DNA of 58,004 nt from an uncultured Dethiobacter sp. (GCA_964487385.1 CAZAQM010000001.1:1-58004); one strand, 5' to 3'. Shown: positions 1 through 11,362, counted from the stretch's first letter. The notes: generated by a model not told the origin, from the letters alone. Program-made: numbers and translations.

Positions 1-57
1 GAGGCGGAGCGGAAAGGTGCATTGATGTTCTCACGAAGGGAAATAGTACTGATCTGA

Positions 58-1360
<1,303 letters not shown>

Positions 1361-1458
1361 ATTCGTTTTTGTTTTAAAATGGCCGATTATGGTAAAATAT
1401 GATCGGGTATCTTTTTATCCCCCAAACGGGGGTCTATTTGTACCTAAAAGGTGATAAG

Positions 1459-2259
1459 ATGCCAGAGAAGGAAAAATTAAAGGGTGATAAGGGTGACTCT
1501 TTTCTCTTCGAACAGATCAAAGAGAAAACTCTTCCCTGTCATATTGCCATCATCATGGATGGCAACGGAAGGTGGGCCAGAAAAAGGGGCCTGCCTAGGA
1601 TTGCTGGGCATAAAAAGGGTATGGATACGCTGATACAGATCGTTACCTGTGCCCATGAATTGGGCATTAAGGCACTTTCCCTTTATGCCTTTTCCACGGA
1701 AAATTGGAAAAGGCCGGCCCTTGAAGTTGATTTTTTAATGCGCCTTCCCGAAGAATACCTGCAAAAGGAATTAGGCAGGCTAATGAAAAAAAATATTAAA
1801 ATTCAGGCTGCAGGCGAGCTTGGGCGGCTTCCGGAAAGGACCCGGCTGGCCATAGAAAAAGCGCTCATTAAAACGGATGAAAATACGGGAATGGTCCTGA
1901 ATTTTGCCGTGAATTATGGCGGTCGCCTGGAAATTATCAGAGCTATCAGGGATATTTTCTCTCTCATCCGGGAAGGACAATATCGTGAAGAAGACATTTC
2001 GGAGGAGCTTCTGGCCAGGCATCTTTATAGTGCCGATCTTCCTGATCCCGATCTCCTCATACGCCCCAGCGGGGAGATTAGAATCAGCAATTTTATGCTC
2101 TGGCAGCTGGCCTACACGGAGTTGTGGTTCACGGATACGCTGTGGCCCGATTTTACAAAAGAACATTTTTACAAGGCTATCCGCGATTACCAGGCCAGAG
2201 AACGGCGGTTTGGCAGTATAAAGACAAAAGCACAGCCCGGGTTCCGCCTTATCGAATAA
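1459..2259 (+). CDS. uppS: undecaprenyl diphosphate synthase (cis-prenyltransferase)
   Basis: Motifs HIAIIMDGNGRWA, FSTENWKRP and IRPSGEIRISNFMLWQ are present. Start is placed at internal ATG 1459; the 20 upstream codons of the track ORF look like read-in. Confidence 0.9.
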   Translation: MPEKEKLKGDKGDSFLFEQIKEKTLPCHIAIIMDGNGRWARKRGLPRIAGHKKGMDTLIQIVTCAHELGIKALSLYAFSTENWKRPALEVDFLMRLPEEYLQKELGRLMKKNIKIQAAGELGRLPERTRLAIEKALIKTDENTGMVLNFAVNYGGRLEIIRAIRDIFSLIREGQYREEDISEELLARHLYSADLPDPDLLIRPSGEIRISNFMLWQLAYTELWFTDTLWPDFTKEHFYKAIRDYQARERRFGSIKTKAQPGFRLIE

Positions 2260-2282
2260 AAGCCATTGGCAGGTGAGGAAAA

Positions 2283-3074
2283 TTGTTAAGAAAGAGAGCC
2301 CTGACAGCGCTTGCTGGGATACCGGTTCTTCTTTTTTTTGCCTATCTGGGTAAATACTGGTATGCTATTTTTATCTTATTGCTTTCACTGCTGGCCATGG
2401 GGGAATTTTTTGCCTTGGCTAGAAAAGGCGGCGCAAAGCCTGTGGAAATAGTCGCTTATCCATTTATCCCGGTGGTCCTCTTTGCTGTTTACCGTTCCGA
2501 TTTGCTTTTGATCGTCGCACTGTGGATGCTTCTTTTTGCTATTTTAAATCTTATGCCGGTTTTTTCCCAGGGAAGTGTTAAATGCTGGGAATCTGCCCTG
2601 ACTTTCTGGGGTATATTATATACTGTGGGGTTGGCCGGTTTTTTACTGGCAATCAGGCATTTATCCGATGGTTTTTTGTTGACGCTGTTTTTATTTTTTG
2701 TGATCTGGGCTGCAGATATCTGCGCTTATCTCATAGGAAGAAAAATGGGGAAAAGGCCGCTTGCTCCGCGGATCAGCCCCAAAAAAACTATAGAGGGTTT
2801 TCTGGCAGGCCTGGCCGGAAGTGCTGTGGCCGGCGCAGCGCTGGCTTTTTTTCTCCCGCTTTCCTTTTTAGGCTGGCAGGGGGGGGCGCTGCTCGGCGTT
2901 TTTTGTGGCTTTGCTGGCGCCCTGGGGGATCTTGCTCAGTCTGCCCTTAAAAGAAGTGTGGGTGCCAAGGACGCCGGAAACCTTCTTCCGGGGCATGGGG
3001 GCATCCTGGATCGTTTTGACAGCCTTTTTTTTACGGCGCCGCTCTATTATCTTTGTCTGTATTATTTGATTTAA
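2283..3074 (+). CDS. cdsA: phosphatidate cytidylyltransferase
   Basis: Polytopic membrane protein with the CDS signature SALKRSVGAKDAGNLLPGHGGILDRFDS. TTG start follows AGGTGAGGA. Confidence 0.9.
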   Translation: MLRKRALTALAGIPVLLFFAYLGKYWYAIFILLLSLLAMGEFFALARKGGAKPVEIVAYPFIPVVLFAVYRSDLLLIVALWMLLFAILNLMPVFSQGSVKCWESALTFWGILYTVGLAGFLLAIRHLSDGFLLTLFLFFVIWAADICAYLIGRKMGKRPLAPRISPKKTIEGFLAGLAGSAVAGAALAFFLPLSFLGWQGGALLGVFCGFAGALGDLAQSALKRSVGAKDAGNLLPGHGGILDRFDSLFFTAPLYYLCLYYLI

Positions 3075-3138
3075 AGTGGAATAAAATACTTTTTTTGGTA
3101 TGATATAATAACTAAGACAAACTTTATGAGGAGAACTT

Positions 3139-4308
3139 ATGGCCAAGGGCATAACCATACTGGGTTCAACAGGTTCTATTGGAACGCAGACGCTGCAAGT
3201 GATCGATCAACAGCCGGAGAGATTTAAAGTTATCGGGCTTTCCGCTAACACAAACATTGATCTGCTAGAAAAACAGGTGAGGAAATATAAGCCGGCTGTT
3301 ATTGCCGTGAAGGATGAAGGAAAGGCAAGGGAAATAAAAGAGAGACTAAAGGGGTCAAAAATAAAGATTTTGGCGGGGGAAGACGGACTGAACGAACTTT
3401 CCGCCTGGCCCGATTCTTCACTCGTCGTTATGTCTGTGGTGGGATTTAGCGGCCTTAGGCCGACCCTCTCAGCTGTCGAGGCAGGGAAAACAATTGCTTT
3501 GGCCAATAAGGAGACGCTGGTGGCTGGAGGCCGGCTTGTCATGGAGAAGGCCAGGGAAAAGGGAACGGCCATTTTGCCGGTGGATAGCGAACACTCTGCC
3601 ATTTTCCAATGTCTCCGTGCCGGAGGAACAAAAGAGGTTAAAAAAATCATTTTAACTGCGTCGGGCGGCCCGTTTTTGGGCCTGAACAGGAATGAGCTGG
3701 CTGGCGTGAACGCTTCCCAGGCGCTCAAACATCCCAATTGGACGATGGGCGACAAGGTAACCATCGATTCGGCGACGCTGATGAATAAAGGTTTTGAGGT
3801 AATCGAGGCCCGCTGGCTTTTTGATCTGCAGTACGAGCAAATCGAGGTTGCGGTTCACCCCCAAAGCATTGTCCATTCCATGGTGCATTTCATTGATGGC
3901 TCGCTTATTGCACAGATGAGCCTGCCCAGCATGCTCTTTCCCATCCAGTATGCCCTCAGTTATCCCGAAAGATGGGAAAATAACTTTTCACATCTACGGT
4001 TGGAGGATTATGCCGCCCTTACATTTCGCCCGCCGGATGAGGAGAGTTTCCCCTGCCTGGAGCTGGCCTATAGCGCCGGGAAAAAAGGCGGAACCATGCC
4101 GGCTGTCCTCAATGCTGCCAACGAGTTGGCCGTGGAATATTTTTTAAGGGGGGAGATATCTTTTTTACAGATACCTCTTGTCCTAGATGAAGTAATGAAA
4201 AGGCATTCACTTCTACTGAATCCTGATTTATGGCAGATAATCGGTGCTGATCAGTGGGCCAGGGAAGAAACATCAGAAGTGTTACGAAGGATAAAAAAGG
4301 AGAAATAG
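3139..4308 (+). CDS. dxr: 1-deoxy-D-xylulose 5-phosphate reductoisomerase
   Basis: Motifs ILGSTGSIGTQTL, LANKETLV, DSEHSAIFQ and NKGFEVIEA are present. The length of 389 aa is typical. Confidence 0.95.
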   Translation: MAKGITILGSTGSIGTQTLQVIDQQPERFKVIGLSANTNIDLLEKQVRKYKPAVIAVKDEGKAREIKERLKGSKIKILAGEDGLNELSAWPDSSLVVMSVVGFSGLRPTLSAVEAGKTIALANKETLVAGGRLVMEKAREKGTAILPVDSEHSAIFQCLRAGGTKEVKKIILTASGGPFLGLNRNELAGVNASQALKHPNWTMGDKVTIDSATLMNKGFEVIEARWLFDLQYEQIEVAVHPQSIVHSMVHFIDGSLIAQMSLPSMLFPIQYALSYPERWENNFSHLRLEDYAALTFRPPDEESFPCLELAYSAGKKGGTMPAVLNAANELAVEYFLRGEISFLQIPLVLDEVMKRHSLLLNPDLWQIIGADQWAREETSEVLRRIKKEK

Positions 4309-4310
4309 TG

Positions 4311-5327
4311 ATGGCCGGAACGATTATTGCTTCCATTATTATCTTTGGATTGCTCATTTTTGTTCACGAGCTCGGCCACTTTTTAGTGGCCAGGTGGGCT
4401 AAAATTCGTGTCCTGGAATTTGCTATCGGGTTTGGCAAGGTGCTTTTTGCCTGGGAAAAAGGGGAGACCCGTTACTCGCTGCGCCTCTTCCCCCTGGGAG
4501 GATCCTGCCGCATGCTGGGGGAAGACCCGGAGGATCTTCCTATGGAGGGCAACTTCCAGGAAAAGCCATTATTCAAGCGATTGGGCGTTATTGCCGCCGG
4601 TTCATTTGCTAATTTTTTACTGGCGATCGTCCTGCTCGTTTTGATTTTTTTTCTATTTCTCGGAGTGCCTAAAACCGATTCCCCCCGGGTTGGCTCCGTT
4701 GTTCCCCAGAGCCGGGCTTTTGAGGCAGGGATTGAGGAAAACGATCTCATCATGGAAATTGACGGAATCAGGATGAATGATTGGGACAGCGTGGTTTCCA
4801 CGATTAATGCCCACCCACAGAAGCAACTCACCTTCCATATCCAAAGAAACAAGAAAGATCTTTTTATTCCCATTGTCCCGGAGGAGGCGGATGGCAAGGG
4901 GCTGATCGGTATCGCTCCGGTGTATAAAAAATATGATTTCTTTTCCTCCATCGCCCTCGGTTTTAGTTATTTCTTTTTTTGGATAAAACTTATTTTTGTG
5001 GGACTTTATCAGATGATCTTGCGCATAATTCCTGCAGAAGTAACCGGTCCTATCGGCATTGTCAGCGTTATCGGCGAAGTTATGCAGGAGGGGATCAGCA
5101 ATCTTTTTTCGCTGACAGCGATTATCAGCATTAACCTGGGGATTATCAATTTGCTTCCCATCCCTGCTCTCGATGGAAGCAGACTGCTTTTTTTGCTTGT
5201 GGAGGGGGTCCGGGGCAGACCGATCGATCCCCAAAAAGAAGGCATCATTCATTTTATTGGCTTTACCTTTTTAATCCTACTCATGATTTTTATTGCTTTC
5301 CAGGATATCACCCGTCTTATCCTTTAA
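4311..5327 (+). CDS. rseP: site-2 (RIP) zinc metalloprotease, RseP/RasP family
   Basis: HELGHF sits in the first TM segment. There is a central PDZ-like segment and a second motif NLLPIPALDGS. Start trimmed to ATG 4311, which abuts the dxr stop. Confidence 0.9.
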   Translation: MAGTIIASIIIFGLLIFVHELGHFLVARWAKIRVLEFAIGFGKVLFAWEKGETRYSLRLFPLGGSCRMLGEDPEDLPMEGNFQEKPLFKRLGVIAAGSFANFLLAIVLLVLIFFLFLGVPKTDSPRVGSVVPQSRAFEAGIEENDLIMEIDGIRMNDWDSVVSTINAHPQKQLTFHIQRNKKDLFIPIVPEEADGKGLIGIAPVYKKYDFFSSIALGFSYFFFWIKLIFVGLYQMILRIIPAEVTGPIGIVSVIGEVMQEGISNLFSLTAIISINLGIINLLPIPALDGSRLLFLLVEGVRGRPIDPQKEGIIHFIGFTFLILLMIFIAFQDITRLIL

Positions 5328-5348
5328 CACAATTTGGAGGCGCTGCCG

Positions 5349-6419
5349 GTGAAAAGATTTTCTATTGCTAAAATGGTGGGAAAGATGCCTGTCGGGGGCG
5401 ATGCCCCCGTTTCCATTCAATCCATGACCAATACCGATACCAGCGATGTAGAGGCCACGGTAAAGCAGATTAACAGGCTTATTGAGGCCGGTTGTGAACT
5501 GGTCAGGGTGGCCGTTCCCGATGAGGCTTCCGCCAAAGCCCTCGGTGTCATTAAAAACAATATTTCCATACCCCTCATCGCCGATATTCATTTTAGTGCC
5601 GAACTGGCGGTGATGGCCATTAACCAGGGTGTGGACAAGGTTAGGATTAATCCAGGCACCCTGGGGGGGGTCAGGAACTTTGAGCGCATTATTTCTGCAG
5701 CGAAAGAGCGGGGCATCCCCCTGCGCATCGGGGTCAATTCCGGTTCTGTGGAAAGGGAAATGATGGCCAGGTATGAAGGGAGGCTGTCAGAGGCCCTCAT
5801 TGAATCCACCCTTAGGGCTATTGATTATATGGAGAAAAATGGGTTTGAAAATATTATTTTATCCCTGAAGATGACCAGTGTTTCTTCAACAGTGGAAGTG
5901 TATGAAAAAATTGCTGCAAAAACTTTCTATCCGCTGCATATAGGCGTGACCGAAGCAGGCAGGGGGCTTGGCGGGATAATTAAATCTTCTATTGGCATCG
6001 GATCCCTTTTGCTAAAAGGAATTGGGGATACGATTCGGGTATCACTAACTGGGGATCCGGTGGAGGAAGTTACTGCAGCCAAAAAAATTTTACAGTCGGT
6101 TGGACTGAGATCTTTTGGTCCGGAGATTATTTCCTGTCCGACATGTGCCAGGTGCAAAATCGATCTCGATGGATTGGTAAGGAAAATCGAAACCCTGACA
6201 AAAGATATAACGGCCCCCCTTAAAATTGCTGTCATGGGCTGCCCCGTTAATGGGCCCGGGGAAGCAAAGGAGGCGCATCTGGGGGTTTCCGGCGCCGGCG
6301 GGGATGCTATTCTGTTTAAAAAAGGGGAGTTCCTAAAAAAAGTTCCGGCTGAAAAATTGGAAGAGGAATTTTTGATCGAGCTGCAAAAGCTGGCATCTTC
6401 AGTATTTTCCCAAAGATAA
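5349..6419 (+). CDS. ispG: 4-hydroxy-3-methylbut-2-en-1-yl diphosphate synthase
   Basis: Motifs VSIQSMTNT and RINPGT are present, plus Fe-S cysteines in CPTCARC...GCPVNGPGE. GTG 5349 lies 8 nt after GGAGG (5336-5340); the track start at TTG 5334 is also possible. Confidence 0.92.
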   Translation: MKRFSIAKMVGKMPVGGDAPVSIQSMTNTDTSDVEATVKQINRLIEAGCELVRVAVPDEASAKALGVIKNNISIPLIADIHFSAELAVMAINQGVDKVRINPGTLGGVRNFERIISAAKERGIPLRIGVNSGSVEREMMARYEGRLSEALIESTLRAIDYMEKNGFENIILSLKMTSVSSTVEVYEKIAAKTFYPLHIGVTEAGRGLGGIIKSSIGIGSLLLKGIGDTIRVSLTGDPVEEVTAAKKILQSVGLRSFGPEIISCPTCARCKIDLDGLVRKIETLTKDITAPLKIAVMGCPVNGPGEAKEAHLGVSGAGGDAILFKKGEFLKKVPAEKLEEEFLIELQKLASSVFSQR

Positions 6420-6444
6420 AAGCGGGGGGAACGGAGGATATTGT

Positions 6445-7086
6445 ATGGATGTTATGGCTATCATCCCGGCTTATAACGAAGAAAGAACAATTGGGGAAGT
6501 TTTATCCGTCCTAAAAAAGGTTTCTTTGGTTAAAAAAATAATTGTCGTCAGCGATGGTTCAACGGATAATACTGTTCAGGTTGCCCGTAAATATGATGTG
6601 GAGATCGTGGAGCTGCAGGAGAACCGGGGAAAAGGAGGAGCGATCAAGGCAGGCATTGACAACATCAAGGCTGACGTTGTCCTTTTCCTGGATGCAGATT
6701 TGCTGGGGCTTACCCCATTGCATGTCTATAATCTTCTTCACCCGGTGATCAACGGTGAAGCGGATATGACCATCGGACTTTTTGAGAAGGGCAGAATCGC
6801 CACGGATCTGGCCCAGAAAATGGCGCCATATCTTTCAGGGCAAAGAGCCTTAAAGTTCTTTTTGTTGGAACAGATATCTGATTTGGACGTGGCCCGTTTT
6901 GGCGTGGAGGTTGCCCTGACGCGTTTTGTGGAGTCGTCAAAAATCGTCGTCAAAGAGGTCCTGCTCAGGGATATGTCCCATGTCATGAAGGAAGAAAAAC
7001 TCGGCGTTTGGAAGGGTATGGCGGCCAGAATGAAAATGTACTGGGAAATTATCAAGTATTTAACACGGGTTAATTCCCTAAGGTAA
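6445..7086 (+). CDS. family 2 glycosyltransferase (short, GpgS/MpgS-like fold)
   Basis: N-terminal IIPAYNEE..., SDGSTDNT, a DAD (DxD) motif and SGQRA are present. The substrate cannot be inferred. Confidence 0.7.
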   Translation: MDVMAIIPAYNEERTIGEVLSVLKKVSLVKKIIVVSDGSTDNTVQVARKYDVEIVELQENRGKGGAIKAGIDNIKADVVLFLDADLLGLTPLHVYNLLHPVINGEADMTIGLFEKGRIATDLAQKMAPYLSGQRALKFFLLEQISDLDVARFGVEVALTRFVESSKIVVKEVLLRDMSHVMKEEKLGVWKGMAARMKMYWEIIKYLTRVNSLR

Positions 7087-7103
7087 AAGCAGCGGTCTTA
7101 AAC

Positions 7104-7132
7104 TTGCATACATAGTAAGGATATGATAAAAT
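7104..7132 (+). promoter_or_regulatory. sigma-A type promoter for the rimP-nusA-infB operon
   Basis: TTGCAT (7104-7109), a 17 nt spacer, then TAAAAT (7127-7132), with a TG-n extended -10 (TGa). Confidence 0.55.
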
Positions 7133-7169
7133 TAGCATGGTTAAGGAATAAAAGTGTTCGTTCGGCGCG

Positions 7170-7200
7170 AAGAGTGGGTTTTGCCCCACTCTTTATTCTT
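7170..7200 (+). terminator. leader hairpin plus U-rich tail (putative attenuator upstream of rimP)
   Basis: AAGAGTGGG (7170-7178) pairs perfectly with CCCACTCTT (7185-7193). The loop is 6 nt, followed by TATTCTT. It lies between the predicted promoter and the rimP start. Confidence 0.5.
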
Positions 7201-7228
7201 AAAGGATGTTTAAGGGGACTAAAAAGGT

Positions 7229-7705
7229 ATGGATATGAAGAAAATCAGGGGTGTTGTTGAAGAACTGGCGGCTGAGGCGGCTGGGGCTTCGGGGACGGAA
7301 CTGGTGGGGGTCGATTTTAGGACTACCGCCAAGGGATACCATATTATCATTTATATCGACAAAGCAGGAGGAGTTTTCATCGAGGATTGCGAAACGGTGA
7401 GCAAGTCCCTGGGGGAGCTCCTCGATCTTAACGATCCTGTCCCTTCGAGCTACATACTTGAAGTCTCTTCGCCGGGAGCGGAAAGGCCTTTGAAAAGGAA
7501 AAAAGACTTCCTCAGGTTTCAGGGTGAGACAGTAAAAATCAGGACGATCGACAAGATAGACGGTTCCAGGAATTTCACCGGCATCCTGGCTGAGGTTCGG
7601 GAAAACAGCCTGCTTTTAAAAAGGGAAAAGGAAGAGATTGAGATTCCTTTTCAAAATATATCCAAGGCTAACCTCTATGATAAAAAAGGGGGTAGTGGAA
7701 AGTGA
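7229..7705 (+). CDS. rimP: ribosome maturation factor RimP
   Basis: About 158 aa with the pattern LEVSSPGAERPLK. It sits immediately upstream of nusA, with a GTGA overlap. Confidence 0.88.
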   Translation: MDMKKIRGVVEELAAEAAGASGTELVGVDFRTTAKGYHIIIYIDKAGGVFIEDCETVSKSLGELLDLNDPVPSSYILEVSSPGAERPLKRKKDFLRFQGETVKIRTIDKIDGSRNFTGILAEVRENSLLLKREKEEIEIPFQNISKANLYDKKGGSGK

Positions 7706-8931
7706 ATCAGGATTTTATGCTGGCGCTGGAAGCTATTGAGAAGGAAAGAGGCATTAAAAAGGAAATCTTGTTCGAGGCAATCGAGGCAGCGCTGATTTCT
7801 GCCTATAAACGCAACTTTAATTCTGCCTATAATGTGAGGGTAAATATCGAAAAGGAAACAGGGGAAATCAAGGTTTTTTCCTGCTTGGATGTCGTCGAGA
7901 AAGTAACAAACCCGCAGCAGGAAATACATGTGGACAAAGCCCGCCAGAGCAACCCGCTTTGCAAAAACGGGGATATTCTTGAGGTTGAGGTTACGCCCAA
8001 AAATTTTGGACGGATCTCCGCCCAAACGGCAAAACAGGTCGTTATCCAACGCATCCGCGAGGCGGAACGGGAAATGATCTATGAAGAATTTATCGATCGG
8101 GAAGAGGATATCATTACGGGTGTCATTCATCGCTTTGAACAAAAAAATGCCATTATTAACCTGGGAAAAACAGAGGCCATATTGTCACCGGCTGAACAAA
8201 TTCCCCGGGAAAATTATAAACAGGGCGATCGGGTCAAGGCATTCATTCTTGAAGTGAAAAAAACGAATAAGGGACCGCAAATTTATATTTCCAGAACTCA
8301 TCCGGGGCTTCTCCGGCGATTGTTTGAACTCGAGGTCCCGGAGCTCTATAATGGTATCGTCGAAGTAAAAGGTGTGGTCCGCGAACCCGGGAACAGATCC
8401 AAGATTGCCGTCCATTCCCGGAAAAAAGAAGTCGATCCGGTGGGCGCCTGCGTCGGCCCAAGGGGTTCCAGGGTTCAGGCCATCGTCAATGAATTAAGAG
8501 GGGAAAAAATTGATATTATCGAATGGAATGAAGACCCGGAGATCTTTATCGCCAGCACCCTCAGCCCGGCTAAAACGGTAAAAGTGCAGACACATCCGGA
8601 AAACAAATCGGCAATAGTGGTTGTTCCGGATTACCAGCTATCGCTGGCCATCGGCAAGGAAGGGCAGAATGTTCGCCTGGCCGCCAAACTGTCCGGATGG
8701 AAAATCGATATCATCAGTGAATCAAGCTATATGGAAAAATTTAGGGGGAGCAGCTCCCAGGAGGAGGGCAGTCCCGAGGGAGAGAGCAGTCCCCAAGAGG
8801 AAGGCAGCCTTCAGGATGACGGCAATTCCCAGGAGGAAAGCAGCACCGGCGCAACAATTGATGGGGACGTCGGCGACGCCGGGATGGACCAAAATAATTT
8901 TGAAGAAGAAGGGATTGCCGATGCTCCGTAA
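7702..8931 (+). CDS. nusA: transcription termination/antitermination factor NusA, with acidic Ser/Glu-rich C-terminal tail
   Basis: N-terminal domain, S1 and two KH motifs (GACVGPRGSRVQ, LAIGKEGQNVRLA) are present. The last ~60 aa are low complexity. Confidence 0.93.
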   Translation: MNQDFMLALEAIEKERGIKKEILFEAIEAALISAYKRNFNSAYNVRVNIEKETGEIKVFSCLDVVEKVTNPQQEIHVDKARQSNPLCKNGDILEVEVTPKNFGRISAQTAKQVVIQRIREAEREMIYEEFIDREEDIITGVIHRFEQKNAIINLGKTEAILSPAEQIPRENYKQGDRVKAFILEVKKTNKGPQIYISRTHPGLLRRLFELEVPELYNGIVEVKGVVREPGNRSKIAVHSRKKEVDPVGACVGPRGSRVQAIVNELRGEKIDIIEWNEDPEIFIASTLSPAKTVKVQTHPENKSAIVVVPDYQLSLAIGKEGQNVRLAAKLSGWKIDIISESSYMEKFRGSSSQEEGSPEGESSPQEEGSLQDDGNSQEESSTGATIDGDVGDAGMDQNNFEEEGIADAP

Positions 8932-9190
8932 ACGCAAGCTGCCCATGCGGATGTGCCTGGGGTGCCGCCAGTCGAAAGTAAAAAAGGAGCTGATCAGGGT
9001 GGTTCGAACCCCTCAGGGGGAGATCGAACTGGATTTTACCGGTAAAAAAGCGGGAAGGGGCGCCTATATTTGTCCTTCTGCTGATTGCCTGAAAAAAGCA
9101 ATTAAAGGGAAGGGGCTGTCAAAGAGCCTTGAAAGCCCCATACCCGAGCATATTATTGCTTCTCTTAAAGAGCAACTGGAGAACAGGTGA
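8921..9190 (+). CDS. ylxR: YlxR/DUF448 family RNA-binding protein
   Basis: Internal ATG 8921 of track ORF 8621..9190. Motifs RMCLGCRQ..K.ELIRVV and GRGAYIC are present. The upstream part of the track ORF is an out-of-frame overlap with nusA. Confidence 0.85.
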   Translation: MLRKRKLPMRMCLGCRQSKVKKELIRVVRTPQGEIELDFTGKKAGRGAYICPSADCLKKAIKGKGLSKSLESPIPEHIIASLKEQLENR

Positions 9191-9244
9191 CCTTCATGTA
9201 TTTCTTTACAACTCAAGGAGGTTTATAAAATGGAGGTGTAGTGT

Positions 9245-11362
9245 ATGGGAAAAGTGAGAGTATACGAGTTAGCTAAAGAATTGGGGATCAACAGTAAAAA
9301 ATTAATTACAGTTCTTAAGGAACTGCATATCGATGTAAAAAACCATATGAGTACCATGGAGGAAGAAGAAGCCAAGCGGGTGATGGAGGCCCTGACAACG
9401 GGTGAAAAAACGCCTGCCAAGAGCGAGCCGGCCGGGAAAACGGAAAAAAGGGCTGTCGGAGGGGATAAGAAAGCCAAGGCCTCCCCGGGTAATGTTCAGG
9501 AAAAAACAAAGGCCGTGCCCGCTAAGGCCAGGGCAAAAAAAACGAAACCCGTAAAAGTAAGCCGCAAAGCAAGAAAGGCCGCCAGGGCTGCCCTGGAGAA
9601 AAAAGCAATACCCGATGAAGTCCTCCGCCTCGAAGGAAGGGTAACTGTAGGTGAGCTGGCGGGGAGGCTGAATGTCCAGACCTCCGAAATACTTGGCAAG
9701 CTTTTGACTGTGGGCATAATTTCCAATATCAATCAACCGCTGAATGAGGATACCCTGGCCATTTTATCGGAAGAATATGATATAAAGTTTGAACTTACGC
9801 CCGATCCCGCCGAGCAGGAACTGTTAACCCTTGATGAAAGCGAAGAAGGGGAGCAGCTTCGCCTCAGGCCCCCGGTTGTCACGGTTTTGGGCCACGTCGA
9901 TCACGGCAAGACATCCCTTCTCGATTCCATCAGGGAGACAAACGTTATTGCCTCTGAAGCCGGCGGTATTACGCAGCATATTGGCGCCTGTATGGTGGAG
10001 GTGAGCGGCAAAAGGATCATTTTCCTCGATACGCCTGGGCACGAGGCTTTTACGGCCATGCGCGCACGGGGCGCACAGGTAACGGATATCGCCATTCTCG
10101 TCGTAGCGGCAGATGACGGGGTTATGCCGCAAACCATCGAGGCTATTAACCACGTCAAGGCTGCAGGAGTGCCTATCATCGTTGCTATCAATAAAATAGA
10201 CAAACCCGCCGCCAATGCGGACAGGGTCAAACAGCAGCTCAGCGAAGCAGGTTTAATCCCCGAGGATTGGGGCGGGAATACTATTTGTGTGCCCGTAAGC
10301 GCCAAAAAAGGGGAAGGCCTGGGCGATCTTCTGGAAATGATCTTATTGGTGGCTGAGATGGCCGAGCTGAAGGCCGATTATTCACGGCCGGCCAAGGGGT
10401 CGGTTATCGAGGGCAAGCTGGATAAGGGGCGGGGCCCGGTGGCTACAGTTCTCATTCAGGATGGGATAATGAAAATCGGCGATCCGATCATTTGCGGGAC
10501 GATCTATGGCAAGATCAGGGCGTTGCTCGATGACAAGGGGAAAAGGATTAAAAAGGCCGATCCATCTGTTCCCGTGGAGATTTTAGGCCTTAATGAGGTT
10601 CCACAGGCCGGGGATAATTTTATGGTCGTCAGGGATGAAAAGCTTGTCAAGCAAATAGCCCTAAAAAGAGGAGAAAAGCTGCGGGAAGCGACCCTGCATA
10701 AGGTACAAAAGGTATCCCTTGAGGATCTTTTTAATCAGGCTCAGGAAACGGAAATCGATCTAAATATCATCATTAAGGCTGATGTCCAGGGATCGGCAGA
10801 AGCGCTGCAGGACTCCCTGCAAAAGATTGAAGACGATAAGGTGAGGATAAAGATTATCCATACCGGGGTGGGGGCGATAACCGAATCTGATATCATGCTC
10901 GCCTCAGCCTCGAACGCCATTGTTATTGGTTTCAACGTCCGCCCCGAACCCAACGCCAGAAAGCTGGCCGAAAGGGAAGAGGTTGATATACGCCTTTACC
11001 GTGTGATTTATGAGATCATTGAAAACGTTAAGGCTGCTATTAATGGAATGCTGGAGCCGGAATACGAAGAGGTCGTTCTTGGCCAGGCGGAAATCAGGCA
11101 TCTCTTTAAGGTTTCCAAGCTGGGAACCGTGGCCGGTTCCTATGTGCTTGAAGGGGTAATTAAGAGGAATGCGGGCATTAGGGTAATTCGTGATGGCAAG
11201 GTTATCCACGAGGGGAAACTAGAGTCCCTCAAGCGTTTTAAGGACGATGTCAAGGAGGTTACCAGCGGGTTTGAATGCGGTATCCTTTTGGAAAATTTTA
11301 ACGATCTGAAAGAGGTCGATATCCTGGAGGCTTTCCAATCCCGGAAGGTAACGCCGTTGTAA
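9245..11362 (+). CDS. infB: translation initiation factor IF-2
   Basis: G domain motifs [20 protein letters not shown] and NKIDK are present. The N-terminal region is Lys/Ala rich. Protein is 705 aa. Confidence 0.96.
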   Translation: MGKVRVYELAKELGINSKKLITVLKELHIDVKNHMSTMEEEEAKRVMEALTTGEKTPAKSEPAGKTEKRAVGGDKKAKASPGNVQEKTKAVPAKARAKKTKPVKVSRKARKAARAALEKKAIPDEVLRLEGRVTVGELAGRLNVQTSEILGKLLTVGIISNINQPLNEDTLAILSEEYDIKFELTPDPAEQELLTLDESEEGEQLRLRPPVVTVLGHVDHGKTSLLDSIRETNVIASEAGGITQHIGACMVEVSGKRIIFLDTPGHEAFTAMRARGAQVTDIAILVVAADDGVMPQTIEAINHVKAAGVPIIVAINKIDKPAANADRVKQQLSEAGLIPEDWGGNTICVPVSAKKGEGLGDLLEMILLVAEMAELKADYSRPAKGSVIEGKLDKGRGPVATVLIQDGIMKIGDPIICGTIYGKIRALLDDKGKRIKKADPSVPVEILGLNEVPQAGDNFMVVRDEKLVKQIALKRGEKLREATLHKVQKVSLEDLFNQAQETEIDLNIIIKADVQGSAEALQDSLQKIEDDKVRIKIIHTGVGAITESDIMLASASNAIVIGFNVRPEPNARKLAEREEVDIRLYRVIYEIIENVKAAINGMLEPEYEEVVLGQAEIRHLFKVSKLGTVAGSYVLEGVIKRNAGIRVIRDGKVIHEGKLESLKRFKDDVKEVTSGFECGILLENFNDLKEVDILEAFQSRKVTPL

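Noticed and set aside
8740-8860. Short imperfect DNA repeats in the nusA 3' region and the 66 nt periodicity in the LRR gene (56244-56963), considered as CRISPR or other non-coding repeat arrays.
   Set aside because: Both lie inside continuous ORFs and reflect repetitive protein sequence. There are no spacer-like unique units and no cas genes in the window.
8621-8920. N-terminal extensions of track ORFs: 8621-8920 before ylxR, 19923-20087 before dut, 20512-20649 before the YflT-like gene, 41584-41679 before the dipeptidase, 50133-50222 before mtnP and 35448-35516 before the phosphoesterase.
   Set aside because: These segments overlap the preceding gene or a terminator. They lack homology to the protein family, and better RBS-associated internal starts exist. 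They are open-frame read-in, not coding sequence.
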